Shown here: in pieces, positions 20,500 through 43,676 of the stretch | Layout of the letters: every line of letters begins with the position of its first letter | How positions within the stretch are numbered: position 1 is the first letter of the stretch | Assembly (NCBI RefSeq): GCF_009914755.1 | Contig: NC_060939.1 | Reading direction: 5' to 3' (one strand) | From: the human T2T-CHM13v2.0 reference genome, Homo sapiens | Length of the DNA: 64,000 bases | Program-made: the position numbers and the translations under genes | The notes under the pieces: model-generated | What the model was told of the DNA's origin: nothing | Databases searched by the model: none | What the model saw: the letters and a program-made list of their open reading frames with translations, nothing else

Positions 20500-21330
20500 T
20501 TAGAGGATTAGGCAAAATAGTAGAGTATTTGGGAAAACCATTTCACTTATTTAATCATACTTAACCATATTAACTTCCTTATACTGTAATGTTAGAATAA
20601 GAATTCAGTATTTTCAATATTAAATTTGTAACATATTAACCAGATGCCACATGCAATGAAGGATTAAAAAAAGATCTTGTGTTCAATTTTTTATAATTAA
20701 AATATTAGAACACATCTATAATTATAGCATGTCCCTAGAAGAACTATTTGTAAAATATATTCAGGCAGACATAAAATTTTTTCCACCTTGAAAGTCGTGT
20801 ACTTAACTTTTTTCAGCAAAAACAACTGCTTCAAATATAACTTGTAAAGAAACATTATATGAATTGGCCTGTAATTCAGTTTTAAGAAACAGCCATGCTA
20901 TTCTAGTATAACATTTGTCTTGGTTTTTCAGTATTTGAATTTTTCATTAGGATTAAAGACAATTTTTTAAAATACAATTGAAAATTTATAATCTTCATTT
21001 TAAAGCTTGAATTAGGCTGTGCCCGGTGGCTCATGCCTGTAATCCCAGCACTTTGGGAGTCTGAGGTGGGCAGATAACTTGAGTTCAGGAGTTTGAGACC
21101 ACCCTAGGCAACATGATAAAACCCTGACTCTACTAAAAATACAAAAAATTAGGCGGGCATGGTGGCACGTGCCTGTAAACCCAGCTACTCGGGGGCTGAG
21201 GTGGGAGGATCCTCTGAGCCCAGGAGTTTGACGCTGCAGGGAGCCCTGATCATGCCACTACACTCCAGCCTAAGTGACAGAGTGAGACCCTGTCTCAATT
21301 TAAAAAAAAAAAAAAAAAAGCTTGCACTTA

Positions 21331-21552
<222 letters not shown>

Positions 21553-23172
21553 TTACAGTCTAAAATTATCCTTAAGCTTTAGCCTTACTACTGGCGCATA
21601 CATGTCTTAGGCAACTCAGAATACGAAGTGAAGCGCTAAGGTCAAGAATTTGATACTCTGTGAGTCAGTTTCATGTTCCATGGGCATTCTACATACCAAA
21701 CCTTTAACCTGGGCTAGCTGAAATATGAAAGCCAGGCCCGTTATTAAAAGACAACTGAACTATATCCTGCTACTGAGGAAAAAACGTGTGAGAACTGTCA
21801 GTTTTATGTAAAAAAGGAGCCACCTTTTTTTTTTAAGCCTCTGTTGGCAGTATAGAATTTAAAACAATAAATGAAATATACTAAAAATTTGCCTGTCCTA
21901 TACGTAGTTTTATATTTAAATACTCTATTTTCTTGACAGCTACAAACCTGGGAAAATTATGGAAGTGGTCAGAATTTATTTATGGTTATTATAAAGATTA
22001 TCTAGATATATGTGCAAGAATAAAAACCTTATTGTTTTTGTTCTTAAAAATAAAAATTAATGGTCAGGTGCAATGGCTCACACCTGTAATCCCAGCACTT
22101 TGGGAGGCTGAGGCGGGCGGATCACCCAAGGTCAGGAGTCTGAGACCAGCCTGGCAAACATGGTGAAATCTCGTCTCTACTAAAAATACAAAAATTAGCT
22201 GGGAATAGTGGTGGGCGCCTTTAATCCCAGTTACTTGGGAGGCTGAAGCACGAGAATCGCTTGAACCTGAGAGGCGGAGGTTGCAGTGAGCCGAGATCGC
22301 ACACTGCATTCCAGCCTGGGTGACAGCAAGACTCTGTCTCAAAAAAATAAAATAAAATAAAATTTTAAAAAATTACTTTTCACTGTAAAGTAACATCATG
22401 TTATTGAAATATTAAAAAAGAAACACTACTCATAATTCCTATTCTCAACAATTGTTATCATCCTTATGTAATTTCTTCTAGTATATTTTTCCAAGAGTTT
22501 GTTTACAGAATTGTAAGCATTTATACATTTAATAATTAATTCATTCAACACATTTATTGAGGGCCTACTATATGCCCAGCATTGTGCTTGACTGCTGAAG
22601 ATACAATGGTGTACAGGGCAAACAGGTCCCTGCCCTCATAGCTTGCAGTCCAACAATTAAGTAATTACGATCCATCAGGTATGTTGTATGTGTTTTACTA
22701 ATCATAACCATCTCCTACACTCTTTGGCATGTATCTATAAACAGCCAGTAACTGGTTATCCAGTTGACAGATTTAAACATTATACATGTTTAAAAGAAAA
22801 ATATACACACACACACACACACATACATATATATATATCTACACACATAAAACTTGAAGGCTGGGCGCAGTGGTTCATGCCTGTAATCCCAGCACTTTGG
22901 GAGGCCAAGGCAGAGGGATCACTTCAGGTCAGGAGTTCAAGACCAGCCTAGCCAACATGGTGAAACTCCATCTCTACTAAAAGTACAAAAATTAGCTGGA
23001 AATCACTTGAACCCAGGAGGTGGAGGCTGCAGTGAGCCAAGATTGCGTCACTGCACTCCAGCCTGGGTGAAGAGCGAGACTCCGTCTCAAAACAAAACAA
23101 AACAGAACAACAACAAAAAACAAACTTGAGATATATATACATTTCACATGGCTTTTAAACATACAAACCCTA

Positions 23173-23529
<357 letters not shown>

Positions 23530-23601
23530 TTGCCAACTCTGTAAACCTTCAGAAAATAGACATTTTCATATATCCTCCATTTACAGAAAAATCTACCCTT
23601 A

Positions 23602-24196
<595 letters not shown>

Positions 24197-24671
24197 CCGT
24201 AGGTTTTTTTAGATTAGAGTTTATTACCAACTGAGATTCTGTTGCCCCCTCTCCCTCAAATTTTTTAAAAATCTATTTGGAGATAGGGGCCTATATCTTC
24301 TGTTGCTAGCCTGTCCTAGAGTTTAGTTACCACTTAGTCATAAAGCTCCCTCCTACTGCTACTCAAACTGTCCCTTGCTATTTGGGTATTTCCCATTTCC
24401 ATTTGTTCTGTTGTCTGCTAAGAGGTCAGCATCTTCCTTGTAACAAGCCTTCCTATACCCAAAGACAAAAAATTAGCCCCTTAAGTAATTAATTTTACTT
24501 TTCCTTTTTATCTATTTTTTTGGAGACATGGTCTCACTCTGCTGTCCAGGTTGGAGTGCAGTAGTGTGACCAGGGATCACTGTAGCTCAACCTCCCGGGC
24601 TCAAGTTATCCTCCCACCTCAAGCCTCCCAAGTAGCTGGGACCACAGGCATGCGCCACCATGCCCAGCTAA

Positions 24672-24818
<147 letters not shown>

Positions 24819-25533
24819 TAATTTTTAGTGCAGTAAAGCAGAAGGAATTGCTCTTGAGGCCCTGTCTTCTTATTTCCCTATTATACTACCTCTAGGAACT
24901 GAACATACTACTTCTTTAAAGTCCTAATTCCTACCACCACCACCTTGTCTATATTACTAGGCCTGCCAGTGCACGCAATCTCACTTCACTGAGCCAAAAA
25001 CAAAAATAAAAACAAAAAAACTTACATGAGAATACAACATAAGGTCAAAGAACTGGCTGTGGGAGAAAATCCCCATGTCTTACTCAGCATGTCCAATAAC
25101 ACTGGCAAACACAGTAACTGCCTTACTGTGCAAAAGGAACATCGGATTCTCATCATTTCCCAAAGCAGCAGAAAGGACATGGGGCATCTCTAAAAGGTAG
25201 CATTTAAAGCTTCCTGTAGAGAGAAAGAGGCTTGTCACAAGGAAGGCACTAACCAGTTGGATTCCCTCTTCACAGAGGACAGAACAAATCTCAATTATTC
25301 CTCAACTGTGTACAGGATGCTGAAAGCTAAATGGTGCTAAATTCTACCCAAGTGGACATACAAAACAGAGAGGATATTTCTATGTACAAGTGGCTCTATC
25401 TCAGTTCCCCAAAGTTACGTATAAGTAGGGTGTACATCAAGTTGCATCTTCTCTCCCACCCCCAAACTCTAACACATACACTCTCACTCACTCATTCATA
25501 GCCCCTTCCCCCAACTCTCTTTCAAGGGTTTCA

Positions 25534-25767
<234 letters not shown>

Positions 25768-26149
25768 TTATCATATGGAAGCATATAAAAACCCAAGAGC
25801 GGCTGGGCATTGCAAGAAATAGAAAGCTTAATTTCACTATTATTTTACCTTTAAAATGTAATTTTTTAAGTCATTTCTTTTTAAATTAACAAGTCTGTTT
25901 ATTTGCTTCTTGCTTAACTTCACACTCAAGTTCAGGGCAATTACTGAACAACCATAGGCTTTAAAATTCTAACTTAAATATTAATTACATATAAGTGAAT
26001 CAACCCACCCCATATAAAAAGTTACTAAATTGATTACTTCTACCCTGAAGAACTGTGCTATTCGAATGACAGTTACAAGGACAAATAAGAAAAACTTTCC
26101 TCCCCATCAGACATCAGATATGACTGCTGCTTGGCTTCCTCCACTGCCT

Positions 26150-27090
<941 letters not shown>

Positions 27091-27471
27091 AGAGAAACAG
27101 GAGAATAATGTTTTTTTCCCATTTCTACCTTGGGAAGAGGGCGTTTGGTGAGTAAAGGCACTTGTATTTATTTATTTACTTAAGAGATGGTGTCTCACTC
27201 TGTACCCCAGGCTGGAGTGTGGTGGTACAATCATAGTTCACTACAGCCTCGAACTCCTGGGCTCAAGTAATCCTCCCACCTCAGCCTCTGAATAGCTGGG
27301 ATTACATGTGTGTGCCACAGCACCTGGCTAAAGATATTTGTCTTTAAAGGGAGAGTGCTGAAAGAAGAAATACTAGGCAGAGAAGTACACGAATATGAAC
27401 ATTTAAAGAAAATCACCTCACTTCTTTGTCTGCTACCATGTATAGAAGATGGTCTCAATTGCTTGATATGA

Positions 27472-27936
<465 letters not shown>

Positions 27937-28414
27937 TAAATAAATGTTTAGAAACACAGCTGTTAATAATGGAAAGTTTAAGGAACTGATCCTTGATAAC
28001 TTTAGTGGGAAATATCTGCTGCTTTTCTTGTATTTCACTCTTTCCTGACCTACAGAAATTGCTGCCTTTAGTGACAAAGTAATTCGCTTCATGTTATGAA
28101 TTGTGACACTGTTGCTGTTTCAACATATTTCCACTTAGACGTGAATACACACCAAGAAAGAACAGTTTTGACCACATGAACATCATACTCTTAAAAGATT
28201 TAAACAAATTTTACAATGTTATTATGTGCTATTAAAAGACCTAGTCCTACATTAGAGAGTCACTTCATAATTAACCCAAATGAAGTCATCAAGCAAGAAG
28301 ATGAATGATCTTCCAAGAGGCTGAAGGGACAGGGGCACTATATCATGTGAAATCTCATGGGAAAATCTCCCTGCAAACTGAACACCAGATTCTTTATTTT
28401 TTTTTTAACCTTAA

Positions 28415-28866
<452 letters not shown>

Positions 28867-29107
28867 TGAATTTTTCCAAAGAATATTCTGAGAAAGAAAT
28901 CAATAAATCATCCTAAGTCACCTATAGTTTTTCAAAAACCACATGGTGAAATTCACTCATAGCCTTTCAAATATGACTGTTCGGTAAGTGCAAAAAAGCA
29001 TAGCTGTACTGCATAAAGTATTCTAAACAATTAATTTTTGTTTTGGCCAGGTGCAGTGGCTCACGCCTGTAATCCCAGCACTTTGGGAGGCCGAGGTGGG
29101 TAGATCA

Positions 29108-29299
<192 letters not shown>

Positions 29300-29369
29300 C
29301 TAGGCAACACAGCGAGACTCCATCTCAAAAAAAAAAAAATTGTTTTAATTGAATTGGCTAACATTTTTT

Positions 29370-30480
<1,111 letters not shown>

Positions 30481-31332
30481 TAAGCCTCTTTAAACTTAAT
30501 TACTCATATAAGGAATCCTTTAAATCTTTTTCTTGAGACAGGATCTTGCTCTGTCACCCAGGCTGGAGTATAGCGGCATGATTATGACTCACTGCAACCT
30601 CGAACTCCTGGGCTCAGGGGATCCTCCTGCCTCAGCCTCTTGAGTAGATGGGACTGCAGGCATGAGCCACCACGCCTAGCTAACTTTATTTTTCTGTAGA
30701 GACGGGGTCTCACTTTGTTGCTCAGGCTTGTCTCCCAACTCCTAGGCTCAAGTGATCCTCCCTCCCAAATTGCTGAGATTACAGTTATGAGCCACTACAC
30801 CCAGCCTAATCTTTAAAATCTAGTTTTTAGAATGTCTTTTAACAATCCTATATACTGTATCATTTCTTCACTGGGAGGGGAAAATCTTCTTATTTAGTCT
30901 TACCATCAAAATAATTTAACAAATGTATAAAGCTTGAGAGTGTCCTATGATTTTTCTCTTGAGTTGCTTTCTATTAAGCCTTTTTTTTTTTTGAGACAGA
31001 GTCTCGCTGTGTTGTCCAGGCCGGAGTGCAGTGGTACGATCTTGGCTCACTGCAACCCTCCAGCACCTGGGTTCAAACGATTCTCCTGCCTTAGCCTCCC
31101 AAGTAGCTGGGACTATAGGCACTTGCCACCACTGGCTAATGTTTGTATTTTTAGTAGACACAGGGTTCCACTATGTTGGCCAGGCTGGTCTTGAACCTCT
31201 GACCTCATGATCCGCCTGCCTTGGCCTCCCAAAGTGCTGGGATTACAGGCTTGAGCCATCGCGCACAGCCGACCGTTTTTTTTTTTTTAAAGTTTACAAA
31301 TATTTGACTTCAAGCTTTAACCAGAAGTCTAA

Positions 31333-31650
<318 letters not shown>

Positions 31651-32594
31651 TGACTTGTGTAGATGAAAATACAAATGTCAATCATATTTTGTTTGTAAAC
31701 ACACTTGATGGCAAAGTGATTTAGAGATTTTATGGTTTATGTAGTTATTTTACTTTTTTTGTGTACAATTTGGTATGTAGATACATTTCCAGATACTAAA
31801 TAACTGGGTATAATTATTAAAGGGTATTACTGAATCTAAGGATTGCATTATGAAAAGACTGTAATTATATTTTAATTTCTTCCAAGGCTCAGTGTAGGAT
31901 ATATAATCAAGAATAAACAATTTTAAAATTTAGCAATTAACCAATACACCCATCCAAAATATATATATTTTGGACAGAGTCTCGCTCTGTCACCAGGCTG
32001 GAGTACAGTGGCACTATCTCGGCTCACCGCAACCTCTGACTCCCTGGTTCAAGCGATTCTCCTGCCTCAGCCTCCCAAGTAGCTGGGATTTTAGGCACGC
32101 ACTACCACGCCCAGCTAATTTTTATATTTTTAGTAGCGATAGGGTTTCATCATTGTTGGCCAGGATGGTCTCGATCTCCTGACCTTGTGATCTGCCCACC
32201 TCGGCCTCCCAAAGTGCTGGGATTACAGGCGTGAGCCACTGCGCCTGGCCAAAATATTTCACTCCAATAGTCAAAGCATTTACTTAACAGTCATTGGCTA
32301 ATACTTAATCCAGAATAAGGAAAATCAAGGTATAAACTTCTTACAGTGCTAAATAGTAGTATAGCAGTTGCCTTAACTAGCTGATAAAAATATTTTAATT
32401 TGCTTGAGAGACACAGCTTTAGAATGAAGAGGGAGAATTCACTAGGCTACCAAAGCTTTCTAAAAATATCTGTTAAGACTCTTTTGATTTACCAAGACAT
32501 TTAATTATTTCATTTTATTTCCCAAACAAGTTTCTCTACATAGAAAGCAACATATTTACCTACTGACATGAACACCGCACTCCTCACAGAACTA

Positions 32595-32912
<318 letters not shown>

Positions 32913-33066
32913 TCAAAAAAAAAAAAAAGACTCAGTGATTTACAAATTAAACCTCCAACAAAAACCAGTTTCCTGACCCCCTAAACTGAATAATTGGAAT
33001 ATAAGACGGAGTCATTAAAAGCAAATGCCCAACAATGCTCAAAATCTTAAACTGACTAGACATTTA

Positions 33067-33303
<237 letters not shown>

Positions 33304-33547
33304 CTACAAAAGAGTTCTTATGGGAGTGCTACAATCTGGGAACAAGAAACAAGATATTAAAAGTCAGCCCCGCCAACACAAACTGACCACCCCTCTTTCA
33401 GATGATAAGCTAGAATTTAAGCAAGAGTATATTCATCTTTAAAAACAAAACTAGGCCGGGCGCAGTGGCTCATGCCTGTAATCCCAGCACTTTGGGAGGC
33501 CGAGGCAGGTGGATCACAAGGTCAGGAGTTTGAGACCATCCTGGCTA

Positions 33548-33905
<358 letters not shown>

Positions 33906-34528
33906 TTACCCAGGCATGGAGGTGTGCTCCTGTAGTCCCAGCTACTCAGGAGGCTGAGGCAGGAAGATTGACTGAGCCCAGGAGGTTGAGGCTACATTGA
34001 GCTGTGCCCTGTGACTGCGCCACTGCACTCCAGCCTGAGCGACAGAACAAGACACTGTCTCGACAACAACAAAAACCCACCAAATAAAGAACAACAACAA
34101 AACAAACATATCAAATTATTTCAGAAGCAGACACAGAGTGTTACCAATAATCCTTGGAGCCTAGGAAATGTCTATGTGCAGAACTATACAGATACTTTAT
34201 GCTCAATATAACTTATTGTTGATTAAACCATATATCTGGTTAGAAACAGATAAAGCTGGGTGGGGGGGTGAGGTAAATTATTAGTCAATTTAATTTTTCA
34301 GGGTAGGTGACCAAAAACATTTGCTTCTGATCATTAGAAAATAAGCCTAACCAGAACTCAGAAAAAAGTCATCATTAGCTTTTGGTTCACCAAAGCTATA
34401 CAGACCTCTCCTAAGTGTTTGTGTACAGCAGATAATTTACAGTCTAAGCAGAGATCATCACCATATTACAAGTTCTGATTCTGCTTGTGGACATTAAAAC
34501 ACACTTATATTTTTTGGTTCTGTACTAA

Positions 34529-34663
<135 letters not shown>

Positions 34664-34666
34664 TGA

Positions 34667-34855
<189 letters not shown>

Positions 34856-34921
34856 TAGCAGAAATAGCTAGTTAGTGAAAATACTAGAAAAAAAGATTGG
34901 AGATTAAAGTGAATTAGATGA

Positions 34922-35245
<324 letters not shown>

Positions 35246-36049
35246 TAAGAAATCAAATATTTTAAACAAATAATTCAGTTTTTCTCTCATTCCAGAGAGA
35301 GCAAGTGTTCTTTTATTAAAATAGCTATTACAAGTGCTTCAAAAGTTTAAGAAAGCTATCAGCTGGTTATTCTCCAAAGTTGCAGCTTCCTTGCTCAAAG
35401 AGTCTTACTAGTTCAGAATACTATTCTCCTCAAGTTCATTTGTTTACCTGAGAAATCATCAAAATTTGTGAATAAATTGTTTCCTAGCTGACACCTTGAC
35501 TATTTTAATCTTATTTTCTTTATTTGTTGAGACAAGGTCTTGCTTTGTCACCCAGGCTGCAGTTCAGTGGTGTGATCTTAGTTCATTGCAACCTCCGCCT
35601 CCCAGCTTCAAGTGATTCTCATGCCTCAGCCTCCTGAGTAGCTGGGACAACAGGCACACAGCACCACGCCCAGCTAATATTTGTATTTTTAGTGGAGACG
35701 GGGTTTTACTAATTGGCCAGGCTGGTCCCGAACTCCTGACCTCAAGTGATCCACCCGCCTTGGTCTCCCAAAGTGTAGGGATTACAGGTGTGAGCCACTG
35801 CACCTGGCCTTAACCTTATTTTCAAAAAGGCCTTCCAGACTTGCTGCTGCTTGGAGTGAGAAGTAACCCATCTTATTCAGTAGCTAACAGAATAGGAGAA
35901 GAGGGATCTATCAGGAGCTCAGCAGCTCAGGGACAGGCAGTGGTGAGAGATGGAAAGACTTGTCCAGGAAATGTGAAAATATGACACACGTTTAGTGTAC
36001 TAATATATTAATCCTACTTAACGTCAGGATCAGGGGGAAAAAAGAATAC

Positions 36050-36185
36050 CTGCTGAATCCAAAATGGTGGCCCAAAATTCCTTTGTTTTGCAAGTTGGGT
36101 CATCTTCAGGACTTGATAGCTTGTAAAGGGACACACAGTGTGGATTCTTCTGGTTACTATACTTACTTATAAAGAAGTCACAGTG
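36050..36185 (-). CDS. DPP8: DPP8 coding exon: HCDFFISKYSNQKNPHCVSLYKLSSPEDDPTCKTKEFWATILDSA
   Basis: Acceptor tttctctag|CAC, donor CAG|gtattc; 136 nt, phase 0-1. Confidence 0.97.
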
Positions 36186-36442
36186 CTAGAGAAAGGAGAA
36201 ACAATTATATTTTTCGTCAGGAAGGTAGAAAAGGTTATCTGCTGTTACATCTGCACTAATGATATAGCAAGAGTATTATAAGAGACTATTTATGTACATA
36301 TACAATGTTGAAATTAAGCTTTTTAAAGCTTTTCCTTAGAGAATTAGGCTTTTGCAGGCCAATTTCACATCATTCAAAAGGAGTATTACATAAGCAGAGA
36401 GTTTTAATATGACACAAAACCCTTTTTAAACAAACTTAATAC

Positions 36443-36595
36443 CTGACTGATGCAGCAAGAATGTGAGTAGCCACGGTCAGTCAGCCTTGTCACCTCTCCA
36501 GGATTTACGTAACTGACTACGTACAGGTGATGCTCTAAAGGGGAGTCTTTGGTGCCTTCAAAATATACCAGCCTTCTGACTTCATCAACTTGGAT
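36443..36595 (-). CDS. DPP8: DPP8 coding exon: IQVDEVRRLVYFEGTKDSPLEHHLYVVSYVNPGEVTRLTDRGYSHSCCISQ
   Basis: Within ORF 36404..36658; acceptor ttgtcag|ATC, donor CAG|gtatta; 153 nt, phase 0-0. Confidence 0.97.
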
Positions 36596-36813
36596 CTGAC
36601 AAGATAACAACAATAACAAAATCAGGGCTAACATGACCTTGGCAAAGCTAACCCCCAATTTTATTTACAATCACTTGAGCCACTCCTTGACTTATGCCTT
36701 CTTTTTTCTTTTTTTTGCTGCCACTATTAATAAACCTGAGTTAATTTTGCTTATTTATTTATTTTTTAAAGAGTTGAGGTCTCACCTCTGCTACCCAAGC
36801 TGTAATGCAATGA

Positions 36814-37065
<252 letters not shown>

Positions 37066-38261
37066 TAAGAACAGGTCCTGCCCTGAAGGAAAAAGGACAC
37101 CTGAGTTACACACTGTATAGTTTCCCATCTGGTCAGAATGTGTGTTTTTCTTAAAATACAAGAATTATTTCCTTAAAATAACAACTCTTTACAGGGGAAA
37201 AAATACTCTGCTATATTGCAGCTTAGGGCAATCATTCATACATACTTGAAAGTCTAATTTTACTATCTTGTATATTTATTAGTTAGTGTTATATTATCTT
37301 AGGCAGTACTTTTTTGGTCTTTTGTACAAATTTGCAAACGTGTTTTATCTATTGGGTTGTGGAATAACGGAACTAAATCAGTTTCAATACTGGTATAGTT
37401 TACAAATAAACATGGATAAGATCTTTTAAGTCTTCATTCAGAACTCAAAAAAACCGCAAGTAAATTCAATAGCTGAATTCACTTAATATTCTTCTCAAAT
37501 TACAGCACGATTTCAAATAAATGGCTTTCTTTTATTGTTCCTATAAATCTTCTACCAGCCAACTCAAACAATGTTTAAGAAAATGGCCAGATGTAGTGAC
37601 TCACATCTGTAATCCCAGTGTTTTGGGAGGCCGAAGTGAGAGGATCGTTTGAGCTTAGGAGTTTGAGACCAGTCTGGGCAAAATAGGGAGACCCCATTTC
37701 TACAAAAAATGAAAAAATTAGCTGGGCATGGTGATGCATCCCTGTAGTCCCAGCTACTTGGAAGGCTGAAGTAGAAGGATCACTTGAGCCCAGAATTTGA
37801 AGCTGCAGTGAGCCATGATCATGCCAATGCATTCCAGCCTGGGCAACAGAGCAAGACCCTTATCTCAAAAAAAAAAAAAAATTCAAATTTTTTACACAGC
37901 AATGAAAACACATATAAATTTCTAAAAGCAAGTTATTTTTAAATGCCTTTTTTCCCCCCAGGAAGCTGCCTCTTCATCACTAAACATTTTTTTAGCATGC
38001 ATAAATAGAAATCAACACAGTTGGGATTAAGTAGGCCCACATGACACATACAGAAAGCATACAAATGATAGGAAACAAATATTCATGAAACTTTACAAGT
38101 ACGTGTTAATCTTTGCAAAAGATCAGGACTCATTCCGTTTTGACCTAGCGGATGGGAGTCAGGCCTTTCAAGACTAAAAAAATAACCAGTCAATTCCTCA
38201 CCACCATCTACAATGGTTTTCTTCTTTCCTGTAACTACTTAACATCCAAGGAAGTATCATA

Positions 38262-38722
<461 letters not shown>

Positions 38723-38841
38723 TAACAATAAAAAGCTCATAGGCAGCTGGGCGCAGTGGTCCAGGCCTGTAATCCCAAAACTTTGGGAGGTGGAGGCGGC
38801 AGGTCACTTGAGGTCAAGAGTTTGAGACCAGCCTGGTCTCA

Positions 38842-39249
<408 letters not shown>

Positions 39250-39871
39250 TTACCCAATTACTGCCATTAGAAATCTTTGGGTAGATGGCCAGGTGTGGTG
39301 GCTCACACCTGTAATCCCAGCACTTTGGGAGGCCAAAGCAAGAGGATTGCCTGACGTCAGGAGTTCGAGACCAGCTTGGCCAACATGGCAAAACCCCATC
39401 TCTGTTAAAAACACAAAAATTAGCTGGGCATGGTGATGGGCACCTGTAATACCAGCGACTCGAGACTTAAGCAGGAGAATCACTTGAACCTAGGAGGCGG
39501 AGGTTGCAATGAGCTGAGATCGCACTACTGCACTCCAGCCTGTGCAACAGAGTGAGACTCTTGTCTCAAAAAAAAAAAAAAAAAAAAAAAAAGAAAGAAA
39601 AAAGAAAACAACTTTGGGTGGGAACAGTCACTTGTAAAAGTAGAGAAGGAAAAAGGTAACTTAAGTCAAAAAACAAATCAAGAATAGAGGGAAAGGGCTG
39701 GGCATGGTGGCTCACGCCTGTAATCCCAGTACTTTGGGAGGCTGAGGTGGGCAGATCACGTGAGGTCAGGAGTTCTAGACCAGCCTGGCCAACATGGTGA
39801 AACCCCGTCTCTACTAAAAATACAAAAATTAGCCAGGCTTGGTGGCAGGTGCCTGTAATCCCAGCTAGTCA

Positions 39872-40024
<153 letters not shown>

Positions 40025-40089
40025 TCACGCCTGAAATCCTAGCACTCTGGGAGGCCAAAGTGGGCAGATCACCTGAGGTCACGGGTTCA

Positions 40090-40284
<195 letters not shown>

Positions 40285-40775
40285 TTATCTCAAAAAAAAA
40301 AAAAAAGAGGGAAAATAGAGAAGAGGGAAAGACAGACTAACGTATCACAAGTAAACATGACATGAAAGAAAACTGATAAACGTAGTGGCAAGTAGTAGAT
40401 GTTTAGGTGACTCAAATAAGGATCAGATGTATGCAATTACAATTATTGGGGTTCCCTCAGCATTATGTAATGACTCATCCTTCAATCATCACATAGCACG
40501 AAATTTACATCAGTGTAGTTTTCTGTTTTCAGAACCTAGAATTCCACAATAAGATTTTTTTCTCAGGTGACAGTAATATCCAAGGTACTTCAACAGAAAA
40601 AAATATTTGGAAACAAAAATAAAACAGAAAAAAATTATTTGGATATATAACAAGAAGGCCACTTGAGGATCTCAGTGGAAATGAGACCTTAAAGGTCAGT
40701 CTTGATACCCTGAAGTTTTTGTTGTTGCTGTTGTTTTGAGGCGGGTATCATTCTGACACCCAGGCTATAGCATAG

Positions 40776-40874
<99 letters not shown>

Positions 40875-42489
40875 TAACCAGCCTATTTTTTTTTTTTTTT
40901 TTTGGTAGAGATGGAGTCTCCCTATGTTACCCAGGCTGACCTCAAACTCCTGGGCTAAAGCAATCCTCTTGTCTTGGCCTCCCAAAGTGCTGCAATTACA
41001 GGTATGCCCCACCACACCTGCCTAATTTAAAATTTTTTTTGCAGAGACGGAGTCTCACTATGTTGTCCAGGCTGGTATCTAATTCCTGGGCACAAGTGAT
41101 CCCTCGACACTGGCCTCCCAAAGTGTTGGGACTACAAGTTTGAGCTACCATGCCCAGCAGATACTCTAAAGTTTTTACTAACAAAAACAAACCTGGGATC
41201 TGGATCTTCATTATGTCTCCTTAATCACTTTAGAGACTACAAGTGATTTTTACAGTAGCCAGTAAACATAATCCTTCAATAAATCTTCCTGTCAATTTGA
41301 GGAAACCACATTTAGTTAGGCCTTCACTAAATCCTGGCAGCATACCTCAACTATATGTGTCACACACATACAGGATGGAGTTCCTAGAGATCTCATGAAT
41401 GTGATCATCCAAGTGACAGCTGAAACAAATGCAAGGTACTTCAAAAACGCAATTTTTTTTTCTTTAAAGAATTCACTGAATTGGTACTGAGAATAAAACA
41501 CAGGGTAGACTTCCTTCCTTTTCCCTATCAATCTAAGCTCTGTATAAATGCCCATCACTCTTTGCAGGTGGTGGATTAAAGTTTAAATTTGTGGGGCAAG
41601 ATAAACACATGAATGAAAGACAAGTACTACTTCAGAAGAAGTAAATGCAATTTATTTATTTATTTATTTATTGGTTTTTTTTGAGCCAGAGTATCACTGT
41701 TTCAGCCAGGCTGTAGTGCAGTGATGTGATCATAATTCATTTGCAGCCTAGACTTCCTGCACTCAAGCGATTCTCCTGCCTCAGCCTTCCAACTAGCTGG
41801 GACTACAGGTGCGCATCACCATGCCCAGCTAATTTTTTTATTTTTTATTTTTGGCAGAGACAGGGTCTTATATGTTGCCCAAACTGTTACTGAACTCTTG
41901 GCCTCAAGCGATTCTCCAGCCTTCATCTCCCAAAGGGCTGGATTACAGATGTGAGCCACTGTGCCCAGCCAGTAAACGCAATTTATAATGTAGACACAAG
42001 TAGTCTATAATAGATTTTTAAGTTACTTTTCAAACCATATGCTAACTTACAACTTTTGCTAGGCTCTAAAACTATGAATATGCCCCTTTCTCATCAAGGA
42101 GCAATAATACATTTTAAAATGGTGGGCTTGGCCAGGCGTGGTGGTTCACACCTGTAACCTCAGCACTTCAGGAGGCCGAGACAGGTGGATTGCTTTAGCT
42201 CAGGAGTTTGAGACCAGCCTGGGCAACATGGCGGAATCCCGTCTACAAAAAATACAAAAATTAGCTGGGTGTGGTGGTGTGTGCCTGTAGTCTCAGCTAC
42301 CTGGGAGGCTGAGGTGGGAGGAAGGCTTGAGCCCAGGAGGCAGAGGTTGTAGTGAGCCAAGATTGTGCCACTGCAATCCAGCCTAGGCGACAAAGTCAGA
42401 CCCTGTCTCAAAAAAGAAAAGCAAATGGTGAGCAGGACGCAGTGGCTCACACCTGGGAGGTGGCAAGGTGGGAGGATCCTTCAAGCCTA

Positions 42490-43081
<592 letters not shown>

Positions 43082-43256
43082 CTATAAAAGGGCTATAAAA
43101 TAAATGAGATTTATCATTTAAACTAAGATTATTTCTTTCCAACAACTTGAGTAATTTTAGGCCGTAACTTAATATTTTAAAAATACTGGGGTCGGCTGGG
43201 CGCAGTGGCTCACGCCTGTAATCCCAACACTTTGGGAGGCTGAGGAGGGCGAATCA

Positions 43257-43505
<249 letters not shown>

Positions 43506-43535
43506 TTACATTACTCATTTTTAGCACTGCATTCA

Positions 43536-43676
<141 letters not shown>

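Noticed and set aside
35440-35462. tttctcag|gtaaac, resembling a recursive splice site
   Set aside because: Short pyrimidine tract and only a 2.8-kb intron; recursive splicing is typical of very long introns.
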